64,000 nt of DNA from Tubiluchus corallicola. Taxonomy: Eukaryota; Animalia; Priapulida. Location: assembly GCA_030141605.1 (NCBI GenBank), contig JAQGDQ010000036.1:620001-684000 (forward strand), written 5' to 3'. Below are positions 12,644 through 24,256 of the stretch, piece by piece; the stretch's first letter is position 1, and every line of letters starts with the position of its first letter. Below the pieces are notes generated by a model, which was not told where the DNA came from, ran no database searches, and worked only from the letters and a program-made list of their open reading frames with translations. The translations under genes and the position numbers were made by a program.

Positions 12644-15600
12644 CAAAACTAACAGTAATGCTACTTACATTTCCAATTGAGTAAAAGCTTCAGCATTGTT
12701 TTGGCCAATTAGAATACCCCACATCAGCATTTACCTTGGTAAAGGAATGTTCTGCAAATAAGGATATCCTTCTGTACGAAACGATGGCGCCTCTATGGGT
12801 ATATGATCAACAACATAAACATCCTCAAGAAGTAACAATGGCTTACCATCTACAGAATTCAGGTCGAGATTGACGCACTGGGATGTCACTGGAGTTTTTG
12901 CTTTAGACGAGGTGCTTAAAGTGTAGTTAACAGTAGGACCACTAATTCCCAGTAAATCTGCAAGTTCTTGAGTGCAGAAGCTATGTGAAGAGCCAGAATC
13001 CAACAAAACAAATGTATCTGTTGAGCCATTCACGTTTACTCCTACTATAGCTATATAAGCTTCTATGTTCTTCTGGATGCTAACACATGCTTTGACCTGA
13101 TGATCAATGGATGCAGGAGTTGAAACTAGTTTAGGTGCAGGTGCTGATGTTGTAGTATTCACGTCCACGTGCAGCAGTCCAGAATGTTCTTTGTTGCAAC
13201 CTGGAGCAGTACACTTATACACTTATATGGGGCAGTCCTTCCTGTAATGTCTTCCTAGCAGACATTTTTCGCACAGTTTGTTGTCCTTAACTGTCTTGAG
13301 ATGCTCATCCATGCTCAATTTCCTGAAATCTAGACAAAAGACGAGGCGGTGGTCAGATTTACAAAGAATGCATGGCTTGTACAGTGGCTTAGCAGTCACA
13401 CCACAACTGAATGATTTTTCTCTTTATGCTTCTTTGCAAAACTTTGCGCTAGTTTGCCAGCTTTATCATACAATGGATCTGTAGCATCATCTGCAGCATT
13501 CTTCATGAATTCGACCAAATCGCAGAACTTTGGACACACTCCTCTTGTTTTCTTTGCTTCCAGTGCGAACTTTTTCCACTTCTGTTTAAGGAAAAACTGC
13601 AGGCGGCATACTATGTTAATAATGCATTGCTGGTGGTTTACTTCGGAGAACATGCCCATCTGCTGAACTGAACTGTTGGCATTACCTAGGTCGTCAGCTA
13701 ATTTTCGCAAATCCTCTGAAGACTTCACTGCTTTACCATATCTAAGTTCATTTATGATACTGTCTGCTATAATATTCACATCACCGAATCTCTCTTTCAG
13801 CAGTTCGTTTGCTAACTTGTAGCCCTTGTCGCCACCAACCAGAATGCAATTGCATCATTGGCTGGTCCCGTGGTATACTGAAGCAGTCTGGATAAGTTTA
13901 CTTCACTCTTCACAGGTGCACTATGAACACTTTCATCAAAAACTGCAGTAAAGCTTAGGTATTTGTTTGGATTACCATCATGGACCTCCAGTTCCAATTT
14001 CGGTAAATTCATATATTCCAAAAAGTCAGCTGCCCTACTAGTGAAGGTAGATTCTTGTTTAGTCGGTTCCCCTGACGGTAATGATGATTACTTTAGCAAT
14101 AATTTAGCACTTTTTAAACACTGTAGGTAGCTAGCCAAAATGTCATCATGATACCTGTCACTATCAGCAATCTCTTGTTCAACCTTTAAGTGAATATGAA
14201 ATTTGTCATGAATTTTCTCAAAGTCCACGAACAGCTTCTTCACTTTGTCCCGTGTGACCTATATTATTTAAATTGTATTTTGAGCAATTAAGCAAAAATC
14301 TCACTTCTAGTCGCTTAGGCTGCCATATTGTAGAGGCATATGCAAATCATTTAATGCATGCAGATGATGTGTGTTTGTTGGCAACAACTATTCAAGCATT
14401 GCAAAAACTGTTAGACATCTGTGTGAAATATGCAGATGAACATGATATTAAAATTAATGATGATAAGACTAAATCGACTACTATTAAATCGAGCAATATA
14501 TCACAGTTTGGCACATTATTCCTAAACAGTAAGGCTATAAAAACCTTTGATAAAGAAAAGTACTTTACCTTACTTAGGGCACATTATATCATGTGCTAAT
14601 AAAGATGACCAAGACATTCTCCAGCAGCGGTCCTTATTTTGTTGCAATACGCAAATTTAGTTACTGTTCCGTTCATGTAAAGAATTTTTTTTTCAATTCT
14701 TATGTACGAACTTTTACTGCATGGCTGCCTGGCGCAACTACTATAACTTGTATGGTTTAAAAGTTGCTTATAATTCATCGTTGTGCAAACTTTTTAATCA
14801 TCCATTATTTGATGCTTGTGCTAGAACGCTGCGTGTAAACTATGGATTAATTTATTTTGATGTTGTGCCTATAGTCCACAGAAAAGGTTAAATAGTAATC
14901 AAAATCAATTATGTAAGTGCATAGTAAACTGACATAGCGTTTACATCTCCTATTAAAAGAAATTGGTGTGCAATTTTATACTGTAATTAACTCGATTTTT
15001 GTTGAATGTAATATTGTTCCCTTAACTCATTATCATTGTGTAACTTTTTTCACTGTAACTGCCTCATTTATTCATCGTTATTAATTTTTTGTCATTTTCT
15101 TAATTTTCTGTTTTTTTTAGTAATTTGAGTGTAAATGTGTGATGTTGCATTTTGTAAAATGAACTGTGGTTTGCAATAAAAATATCATATCATATCATAT
15201 CACTGAGGGAGGGAAGGACAGTAGAAGGGGAGAGAATGAACCCATAAATGTAAAACATAAAAAAGTGGTATTAACAATTTCTTTGTTGAAAAACGCGAAA
15301 CCTAAAATTCTTTTTAATACCAAAGATGCTATAAAAATTAATATTTCTAATAAATGGAATGGATTGCGAACTTACAAACTCAGTACGTGCAAAACTGCTA
15401 CTGGTTGTTATAAAAAAACCGAATAATTACAATTTGCAAAAATTCATTGTAACATTCTATTACTTATAACTAGCCATGCCCCATAAAAGACTAGACGGTA
15501 TAGCGTAATGGAAAATATATACGTCTGCTTTATGTCTTGGAGACCCATGATTTGTTTCCGCAGCCTGGTTATACCAAAGCTCAGAAAATGTCATCTGCTC

Positions 15601-18204
15601 TGGCGCATGGTGTTTAACGTAAATAGGGCTAATAATAATAATCTCTGTTATGTAGTTGTAGGAGTGTTATTTCCAGTTGTTGAAAAGGTTTTTGCTTTGT
15701 TAGGATTTTCCACTAATTGGGAACTGATCTGAATCAATCTTACCACCGTCACCACTACATCATAACCATCATTCTCGATGTTTTCGTATTCATTATTATC
15801 ATCATCATTACACCATTGTCTATCTTCATCACCATCACCATCGTTATCATCACCATCAAGAGGTACAGTTCTCACTCCATACTGTGAGCCTCACGCGTAA
15901 AACCAAACTATACTTATGCAGGACGTTTCTGTCCAGTGATATCATTAGCCGTCACTGCCATCTTCTTATCTCAGTTTCACAATTTTTGTAAAAAAAATTG
16001 GAAAATTTGCATGATGAGACCTTTCATTTTTTGCTGAGAAAACTCGTAAATGTACCTACATTGATGGGATAATCACGGATAAAATTTTAGCTGCCACGCA
16101 CTATTAATTATTGTATAATGTTTTATGAACCGTTTAATAAATCAGGCTTTTCTAGTACCTTTTATAGAGAGAAAGTTCTTTATTTTCTAATTGAAACAAT
16201 TAATTTATACTGAGATATAGAAATGCTTTCTTTTTCATTTAGTATCAAATCTTCAGTACCAAATTTTCCCAGTACCAAATTTTTCCTTGTACCATATTTT
16301 CCTAGTACCAAAACTTCCTTGTACCAATATTTCGTAGTACTAAACAATCCTCGTACCACATTTTTCCTAGTACCAAAAATTCCTTCGTATCAAAATTGTC
16401 TGTACCAAGCTTATCTGTACCAAACTTACTTGTACCAAAGCTTCCTACATTGTTACAGAGACATGTATACTGTATAGCACGTTATTGTGTCAACTGTTAA
16501 TGACTGTTTATATTGTTTTCATGAAATACTTTCAAAAATGCACCTACCATAGAAAATTAAAAAACACTCGGCCAGGCTGAGCAGATATTCACACGCATTG
16601 TACAATTTCTTGAGAAACTTTGCTGTCATAGCACGGAATAATTCTTGATGTCAAGAATAAATGCAATTAATAAAAATTCCGCAGTAAAGAAATAAAACTG
16701 TAGGATTTTTTGCCTCAATAATCAGTTTTTCGTTTGCTTGTAATTAATCATAGGAAGTAGTCGAGCAAGCATGGTGGGCCATTTGTTGCGTAATCGGAGC
16801 CCCTCTCATTGCTGCTACTGCAGGAAAATGCGGCTCATTTTGGTATGCTACCAACGCAGGGCTGATAATTGGTGCGGTATGTTATTTCTTTTTGTAACGC
16901 TTTAAAATATAAATCCAAATAATTATAATTTGTAATTTGTTGAGTTTATAATCACATTACATTATAATCACATTCATACGCATGTATTAAATACCTTCAT
17001 GTCCACCCCACCTTACCGATCAGGATGATCGGCTCAGTACAAAAAATCTTAAAAATTCGTCACAACAGTTTTTCTTTGAACACCATAAAGGACAAGAAAA
17101 GGGGGCACCTGAAGTAGGTTTCAAAAAGTTCGCCTTAAAAATTATACTATTTTACAGCAATTTTATGCATATATCGTGCTCGCATTAAAAGGAATTTTTG
17201 TTTGTTTTCATTTTAAATCTCCCGCGATACTGTTCCGACGGCACCATTACATGACGTCACTCACGCAAACGTGAATGAGGGGAAGAAAAAGTAATGTTGA
17301 ATTATGTCCAAAAAACTTTCCATGCAATCTATATTACTTAGCGTTTCGCTTATCTGCTGGAAAGACATATGATATGTAGAAACAATAATTTAAAATGTTC
17401 GTGCCACTTCGTAAAATGTCGCTGGCTCACCCTTCAGGGTGCGCCACTCACTAACCAAAAGCATATTTTTAGTCTTATTGACAAGATACAATAATTTAAA
17501 ATCTTAATTACTTAGTAACATGTGTGCTACGAATGCTCTGATTATTTTTTCAAACTTCACGCGATGTTATCTAAACTTGTATCAAACGACGTACCATTAA
17601 AATGGCTGCGCCTAACGGTCTTCCCAGGAGTTTAAATTTACATGTTTTATACATCGTTACTACCGACGCAAGACCTGCATGCAAAAAGACAGTATGTAAG
17701 TGGTATAAAATTTCAAGACGAATTTCTTAAGCTTTATGCAAACTCTCTATATTTCATATATACATAGATTATAGCACTCTTACTTCCTTCAACGATAGTG
17801 CTAGCCAAGCTGAAACATTCCCATTAATTTAATACAAAATCGCTCTACAGATCAAGAATTTAAGAAGCTATCATGACGTCAAAGATCCAAGCCCCTGCAT
17901 GCATCAGTAGCTCAGAAACGCTTTTCAGTAGCAATGAATATGTATGACAAAATCTTACTGTATTAGAGTCTATGAACTTGATTATTCTAATTTTACAGTT
18001 TTATGTGTTTTTATTTTGTAGATTCTTGGTTTCATCGCACTGTTTGCTTTCATTGTTGGAGCAATATTGGCACTTTTGGCTTGGAAAGCAGTTGGATTTG
18101 CAATGCAAGTACACGAGACCCATAGCACACAACAAACTACCGTCACTGTGGTCAGCAGTAGCCAGCAACCACCGCCAACATACGATAACGCAACGAAATA
18201 CTAG
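7481..18204 (+). CDS. MARVEL-domain tetraspan membrane protein (CMTM/plasmolipin/MAL-like), paralog B, 179 aa; exons 7481-7540, 9249-9422, 16754-16876, 18022-18204
   Basis: All GT-AG, all phase 0, one hydrophobic helix per exon, as in the 4-exon MAL/PLLP/CMTM layout. MAINTFYIRNLNGICRLVQF | ICLFASFIAVFANNCNIKARRGWWGFCCWGGMITCVSFYLIHLFFVPVKVPTVPWRFL | EVVEQAWWAICCVIGAPLIAATAGKCGSFWYATNAGLIIGA | ILGFIALFAFIVGAILALLAWK...QQPPPTYDNATKY*. Y.R...G..RL.Q and PW..|E match MARVEL hallmarks. An acceptor at 7470 implies an upstream 5'UTR exon. Confidence 0.88.
8215..8500 (+). mobile_element. LINE ORF2 C-terminal zinc-knuckle remnant
   Basis: One frame reads MDLKANFKN**EADLKCSFCHFANDTTEHIFE, the CxxC-x6-EH pattern at the end of non-LTR ORF2; stops present. 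Confidence 0.45.
9472..9547. repeat. Near-perfect 30-bp-arm inverted repeat (hairpin)
   Basis: AACAACATGTTTATTGAGCGTAGGCGATCG / CGATCGTCTACACTCAATAAACATGTTGTT, 28 of 30 Watson-Crick pairs, 16-nt loop. Confidence 0.85.
10712..12062 (+). mobile_element. Decayed LINE (CR1/L2-type) ORF1 inside intron 2 of MARVEL paralog B
   Basis: ORF 10619-11101 (IHNELNSFVQNQL..VVHNFYTDEQSEEAKALL), then NIPPMSLKSIDIIVILKRLQSVQQDL, then ORF 11787-12062 (VFVTRLDPYTT..YSSFII..DPELWPVGTLIKPY): motifs of invertebrate CR1/L2-group ORF1, broken by stops and frameshifts. Confidence 0.75.
12549..12642. repeat. (AAT)n microsatellite, about 31 units
   Basis: Perfect trinucleotide run; source of the poly-Y and poly-I ORFs. 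Confidence 0.97.
12660..14258 (-). mobile_element. BEL/Pao LTR retrotransposon gag-protease fragment (pseudogenised)
   Basis: LPKLELEVHDGNPNKYLSFTAVFD..LSRLLQYTTGPANDAI (DUF1759-like gag), Cys/His knuckles (CILCKSDH, CEKCL..H..DC, CTAPGCNKEHSGLLH) and aspartic protease LLDSGSSHSF in three frameshifted ORFs. Confidence 0.88.
14259..15200 (+). mobile_element. LINE (L2/CR1 group) reverse transcriptase 3' fragment with 3'UTR and tail
   Basis: LGCHI..ANHLMHADDVCLLATTIQALQKLLDIC..EHDIKINDDKTK (YADD-equivalent region); ends in AATAAA plus an (ATATC)n tail at about 15175-15200. Confidence 0.8.
16255..16450. repeat. About 15-bp periodic GTACCAAA array (MITE arm); relatives at 158-240 and, inverted, at 10300-10332
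   Basis: A dozen or more GTACCA(A/T) units at about 15-bp spacing. Confidence 0.65.
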
Positions 18205-18629
18205 CATGAGTCATGATGAATTTATGAACAAAACAGATTTGTTCATGCAATGTATAGACGCCCATTTATGCTTTTCAGATCATTTCTCAAGTTTGCGAAC
18301 AAACTTGAACATTATGTCTAATTAAATGGAAGTTTGCAACTTGGTTTGTAATATTTACAGATTAAGTACAAAATTCTTAATTAGATTAAAATCGAAACTC
18401 TAATCACTACAGTGTTAAACTGTGACAAGTGTAAAACTAGCGGGAAAAGCAGAAAACTTTAAAAATATGAATTTACAATATTGTAGTTAAGAGCGCTATT
18501 ATATTTTAATTGTGTTAAATGAAACTGAAAAAGTAATTCGATTTTTATAGATTTAGATAATGTAGATTTACATAGACGTTTTGTGCACGCGAGTGGACGC
18601 ACTTATGATAGCAACATGTGAAACTTGAA

Positions 18630-19639
18630 TGTAGGTAAAATGGCACAGGTAAAAATGACACTAGATAAATGTTATAGAAAAAAGTAGCTCAAATAGAAAA
18701 GCAGGTAAGAATGGCACACGAAAATGGCACAGGAAAAATGGCTCGGTAAAATGGCACAGGAAAAAATAGCACAAATGGGAAAGTAGATAAAAATGAAAGA
18801 CATAGTAAAATGTGTTTAGGTTTAGGGTTACAGTGTGGGATAATTATTTTAGTTATTCTTACCTCTGCTAAGGAAGTTATGCTTCAACACAGTTTGTTTG
18901 TATGGCTGTTTTTTTGTTTGTTACGGCAGTAAGCTTATTACGCAAAAACTATCTAACAGATTTCCAAGAAATTTTCTGAAGAAAGACGAGTACAGCGTGC
19001 CAATATGGGAATCTGCTCACCGATTTCTTTTTCGCAAAACTTGACTGAACACCACATACAAAACATTAGTGAAGCACTTCGTGAAGGTCTCAGAGGGAGT
19101 GCCTAGTACTTTTTTGTAATCTCCACCTGGACGAACAACTACGAGCTAGTTCCAGTTTCAACAGATTCTCGCTTGTAGAGTTGCGTAATGCTGTCTATAA
19201 ACCTTGCTTGTTAATCTGTATAGCCTTACAAAGTGACTTGGTATGTAAATACCTATATATTTCTCGTTCTATTACCGTCTCATTATTAATTATAAATCTA
19301 TTTAAGGAACAAATATTCTGTGAGTCTTTTCCTAGTATATATAATACTAAAACAGATACATTTTTGCTTTGTTTGCTTGTTTATCTTTGTGTTAATTTTT
19401 TTAATCAAAAGAATCAGACGAATAAGTGTAGAATTGTCCAGCTTTGGCGGAGATTGCTTCCCACTGAGCGCATTCTGGTTTTGTTATAGAAATCAACTGC
19501 ATCAAAATAACATAATTATGTGCCATTGTTTTCTTACCTTGCCTTTTGAGCCATTTTTCCTGTGCCATTTTTACCTACTTTTCCATTTGTGCTATTTTTA
19601 CTGCTAAAATTTTTCCCGTGTCATTTTTACCGCGCACCG
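18630..19639. mobile_element. MITE with inverted arrays of GGTAAAAATGGCACA repeats
   Basis: About 15-bp periodic AAAATGGCACAGG array at 18630-18810 and its reverse complement GTGCCATTTTT at 19520-19635; another fragment at 61118-61150. Confidence 0.7.
18859..19480 (+). mobile_element. Helentron/DINE-like non-autonomous element nested in the MITE
   Basis: 5' TTACCTCTGCTAAGGAAGTTATG plus (GTTT)n-like tract and ATTACGCAAAAACTA; 3' TTGGCGGAGA...CTGAGCGCATTCTGGTT. This is the subterminal IR plus 3' stem layout of this widespread family. Confidence 0.6.
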
Positions 19640-20469
19640 TGAAGCTTATGCTGCTAGAGCACAAGGGTGCATGTGGAATCCAGTGAGAATAATTTTTGTG
19701 AAATCTCACGCGGGGCGGGTTGTTTTGCTACTCGCACAGCCCCCTTTAATCGAAATTTGGTGTTTTCAAAAAAATCAATCTCCTAAATTTCGTATTTTTA
19801 GAAAAGTTCACAAGAAATCATAAGTCAGGTTCACTGTACGTCTTCTTTGCAATACTTATGAAATCTATATACAATTTGAGTTTTTGTGGGTGTGCGTGGA
19901 AGACTTGTGCGCGACACGCAAGACTACAGCTGAGTCTGCGCGGTTAACGATAGCTTTGTAGTACAAACCACCAGAGCTCGAGTATTTCGTGTCCAAACAC
20001 CTGTCACTTAGGCATAGTGCAATGACAAGTTATCAGTAAGGAATGCAGAAAAGTTTGCAGGATTGATCCCAAATCAAACGACGTCTAGACTGACAAGGAT
20101 TTAGCAATGAATCAGTTAGCCGTCCTCTGGCTCGAAAATATATGCATAATTAACTGTTCATGCTGACATGGTTCTATTCTTAGATTATTCAAATTAATGG
20201 AACGAGTGATAAAGCGTTATATATTTGTTAGTAGCTACGCGTTTTTCGAGTTAGTCAACTCTCACTGCAATATTTGTCTTACCAGGTCCAGGTAATAAAC
20301 TATTAATTTTAAATTTCAGAAATACTTGGATATAACTGACAGCTTCAGTGTTCCTGTCGGCCACTTGTTTTTCTTTCTCTTTTTTTGTTATAAGCCATTT
20401 TATTTAGTCATTTTAGAGTACCGTAATGTAAGAAAAATGATGCACTATGTAACTGGCTAATGTAGGGTT

Positions 20470-22380
20470 GATCATGGTTTATGTTTAGGTCTTGTAACAG
20501 TCCGTCTGTGCTCTAATTATTGAACTGGGTCAGTTACGTGGTATGAGTACAGCCGGGCCTGACTAATGCATTTTCTGACCAGACAAGGTAACTAGGTTCC
20601 CGCTTACAATTTATATTCACTTCGGGAAAATAAGTGAACAACTTAATTAATATGCATAATATGTACCCTCTGTAGAAGTCTTGTAACGGGACAGACTCTT
20701 TCCTACCTTTTTTTACCAAACAAATTTACTTTCCTCCAGAAAACATTTTCTCAGAACTGCCGTTTCCCACAATTTTTTCCCAGAACCATCACTTCATAGA
20801 AAATAAAATTCACAGAAAATTTAATAAAGCCCAGTTAGGTAATGCGCAATAAAAAGTAGTTTATTTTTTAACTACATGTATTGATTAATGTGAATCATAT
20901 AACCAACAAATTTGGTCAACTCGTTAAGGCAAGAAAGTAGATTTGTAGTAGTATTGTTGTATCAGAACAGTTGTATTGTTGTATTCTGATTTGTTGTATC
21001 AGAACAGGTACGTAGCGAGTCATGTTGATCTTTGCATATACGAACGTAATAGTGAGTTATCTCGGGATGTGCATTGCTACCAAAGTTAAACAACGCAAAA
21101 CTTGGCAACTAATTTGTTGGGATACGGCTTAGGAATGTCACTCTTGAGGCTTGGGCGGCTACTTTTACCATGATTCCGAATTAATTCTTGGTGTTTAGAG
21201 AAGATGTACGTCCATTAAAATGTGACTGTGACATCATTGTCAATTTAGTATTCACCTTGATAATGAACTAGGATCTGGTCCTACTATAAAAAACTGTAAA
21301 ATCTTGGGAAGGAGCATAATTTACTGGAGTAAATGTTGACACCAAGATATTCACAAAACTATATAGTTCACAAAGTCATGGTATTTTCTATGATTATTTA
21401 TTAAACTGTATTTCAAATCCCATGAAAATCAACTAACGTTGAAGTAATTATATGCAGCAAATGATACAATGCAAACTATTTTGTGAAAATAATTTCATCC
21501 TAAAAACTTGAAATTAGGGCAACGAAGTTTCATAACAAAATTAGAGAAAAATAAGGTAGAAAAATAATGAAACATAAACATTGCGTCATTTTAAGAGATC
21601 TGATTTTAATAGTCATTAGTGAAAGCACTGTAGATAACTAAAGGGGAATAGAAAGAGAAAAAACGAAGGGAGATAGAGAAGTGGGGTGAGAGAAAGGGAC
21701 GGAGGGCAAGGGAGAGTGAGAGGAGAAGAAAGAGGGGGGAGGAAGAGACAAAAGCGTAAAGAAAGACAGACAGAGACAAAGATTAGGAGAGTGGGGGAGA
21801 GACAGGGGAAAAGAGGGATGGGGAGAAAGGGACGGAAAAGGTCAGGGAAGGAGAGAGGCGGAGGAGAGTGGTTAGGAAAGGAGGGAGATAAAGAAGAAGC
21901 AAACAGAGAAAGAGAAGCCGATGGCTTTATCCTACTAAAATACCAGCTTTAGCAATTAAAAAAGTAACAGTGATTTTTCTCTTAAACAGCCTTTCTGGGA
22001 AAATGTTTTTTTCTGTGAAACGAATTCTCTAGTAAAAATATTGTCCGTGAAAAACTTTCTGTTGTTATTTTTTCTGGGAAAAAACGTTCTTTGTTGAGAA
22101 CCTAACCACGTCTGAGGCTGCGTCTGGCTAGATACTCCTGTTAAACCAAACCACAGAATGTAATTTCCGCTACCCTTAAACAAGTTCCATTTATTGAACT
22201 GACCACAGACATACTCACCACAGATCAGTTGTCTGACATTTCAGACTTCAGACAGACCAGGCACGAACTAGATCAGCCCGAGCCAGAACCAGACCCAGAT
22301 CTAGAACAGAAGGAAACTGACAACAATTCACAAACCAATAATTAGATGACACCAAAACCGTGGCAAGGTCATACCATGAG
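20470..22380. mobile_element. Second long-TIR element of the 5440-5991 family with a nested TTTCCCAGAA-repeat element (about 20700-22090)
   Basis: Outer arms resemble 5440-5600 and 5860-5991; inner arms carry periodic TTTCCCAGAA (20720-20820) and TTCTGGGAAA (21970-22090) in inverted orientation. Confidence 0.5.
21640..21920. repeat. GA-rich polypurine low-complexity tract
   Basis: About 280 bp almost entirely G/A on the + strand. Confidence 0.85.
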
Positions 22381-23743
22381 CATAATTATGTTAGTCTGTT
22401 AGGTAATGCATCAGTTTTGTTTATACATAGTGAAGCAAAAGTAATTGTATAATGATCGTTATAATAAAGACAATGGCATTAAATTTGTTACGCACACTGG
22501 CGAATTTTGTGAGTTATTACGTAATGCAGCATTTACGTTACATAATAACCTTTTTGTTGTATGACAATATAATATAATTATACTGATAATGAACTTTAGC
22601 ACCCATCACTAGATTGTTCCACAATTTAGTTTACTTCAGCGCGTCACAAAAATAACTGAATTTATAATTGTATAATCGAAAGTTATAAAACTTACAACAG
22701 AATCAACAACATGTATCGTGTTTTTTTTTGTTGGAAAGCCCAAAATGTGTTACAACTGCAATAATTATTGTGAGCACGTTTATAGTCTGCACAAGACTCA
22801 TATGACTAAGCCAAGATGCTTTTTAATCCATGGTTGCGAAAAATGCGATGATGGGCTGTAGTAATTATGTAGGCATCTCAATGCTTTTTAACACTTCCAC
22901 AGATGTTAGCAAACTATGTAAATTAAATTTAGTTAAGTAACTCTTTAATGGCCATTTATAGAAGCAGCCAACTTTTCCACCACAGCTCTGTTGGATCCCG
23001 CTGAGTCATTTTACTGCAAAATAGAAAATGTTACAAAATTCAAAGGAAATAAAAGCCACTCGGTATCCTGTTATTTACAGAAATCGCGTTCTTATTATTA
23101 ATTATAATATTATAATTTCACTTTGGTAGTTTCAGTGTTAATAGCTTACTCGAAAGGTTTGGCTGTTGGACACGTACGTAAACTTTTTTCACAATTTACT
23201 TCCTAATACTACATGAGAGTCATAACATAGACAATAAATTTAATTTCGTTAATTTACCTGCGCAGCCAACGGTAATAAGTTTTACCCTGCTTGTTTAGAA
23301 GGGCCTTGCTAATATATAAATTGCATAATTTCTCTAACTAAACTTTCCATACTATAAATCTTTCTGATAATACCCAAAAAGACAAAAATAATGTAGTGGA
23401 GAATGTCAGTGGTGGAAAAGCAAATTATAAACTAATAAAATTTGTATGAGGGAATGCTAGTGACCGACTTTGCGCCAATTGCTAAAATACACTGGTTGCC
23501 ATGCAGTTTAGTGTAATGCACCCGCACACATACACTAACACGATTAACTTTTAAGTCTTTTTAGTTAAACTATCTGACTGGATGGTAATGCGAGTAAAAC
23601 GACACTGTGCTGATGTTTAGGAGTTACAGATTTTCGTGAGAAACACATAAATTTGTTACTACTAGCATAAATTCAGATTGATATATAGTAATAGTTTTGC
23701 TGCCTTTTCCAATTAGTAAGCAAACGACATTGTTCGCTTACAC

Positions 23744-24256
23744 CAGTGATTCTCAATCTTTTTCAGTGATAGCATCCTAAACTCGTGTAGTCCTTTCTTA
23801 GTAGCCTTTTTTCAACTGTAGCCCCCTCCACCATCATCACGTCAAACCATCTTACCATTACAGCACGGTGACTACGAATTATCTGTGCTCTCTGTACTCA
23901 AAACAAGCTAAACATAGGATACCCAAATAACAAACGTGAAATTCGTTAGTTTAAAGCAAACTATAAACAAAGAAAAATTTTTAAACAGAGAAAGAGAATA
24001 AATGAGATGCTTTTATATTCTGTTGTCCATCATCTGAATGTCCAGTATCACTGCAAGTATGGTCAAGACGGACATCTGGAAAAAAATTACAATAGCTAGT
24101 GTTCTTTAGTGGTAGTTAATCAACTTACCATCTCCCTCCTGAAAGGGGTTCCTCTAAGATGGATGGTTTGAGAGTACTGGGGCTGTAAGCCACCTTTGCC
24201 CTCTCACATTCTTTGTCATCGTTCTCAACAGGGCGGTAACCTGTTGAGAACCACTG
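23744..24256. mobile_element. hAT Charlie/Buster-type non-autonomous element
   Basis: TIRs CAGTGATTCTCAA / TTGAGAACCACTG; 8-bp flanks GCTTACAC / GCTCAAAC (6/8; left copy has the central TA typical of Buster targets). Confidence 0.65.

Noticed and set aside
12329-12652. Poly-Tyr and poly-Ile ORFs
   Set aside because: Translations of the (AAT)n microsatellite.
15648-15875. Asp-rich minus-strand ORF
   Set aside because: Derived from a degenerate (CAT)n tract inside the intronic TE stack.
17972-18325. 117-aa ORF over MARVEL-B exon 4
   Set aside because: Wrong frame; the real frame starts at acceptor 18022 and stops at 18204.
21686-21952. Arg/Gly/Glu-rich 88-aa ORF
   Set aside because: Translation of a polypurine tract; no splice or domain support.
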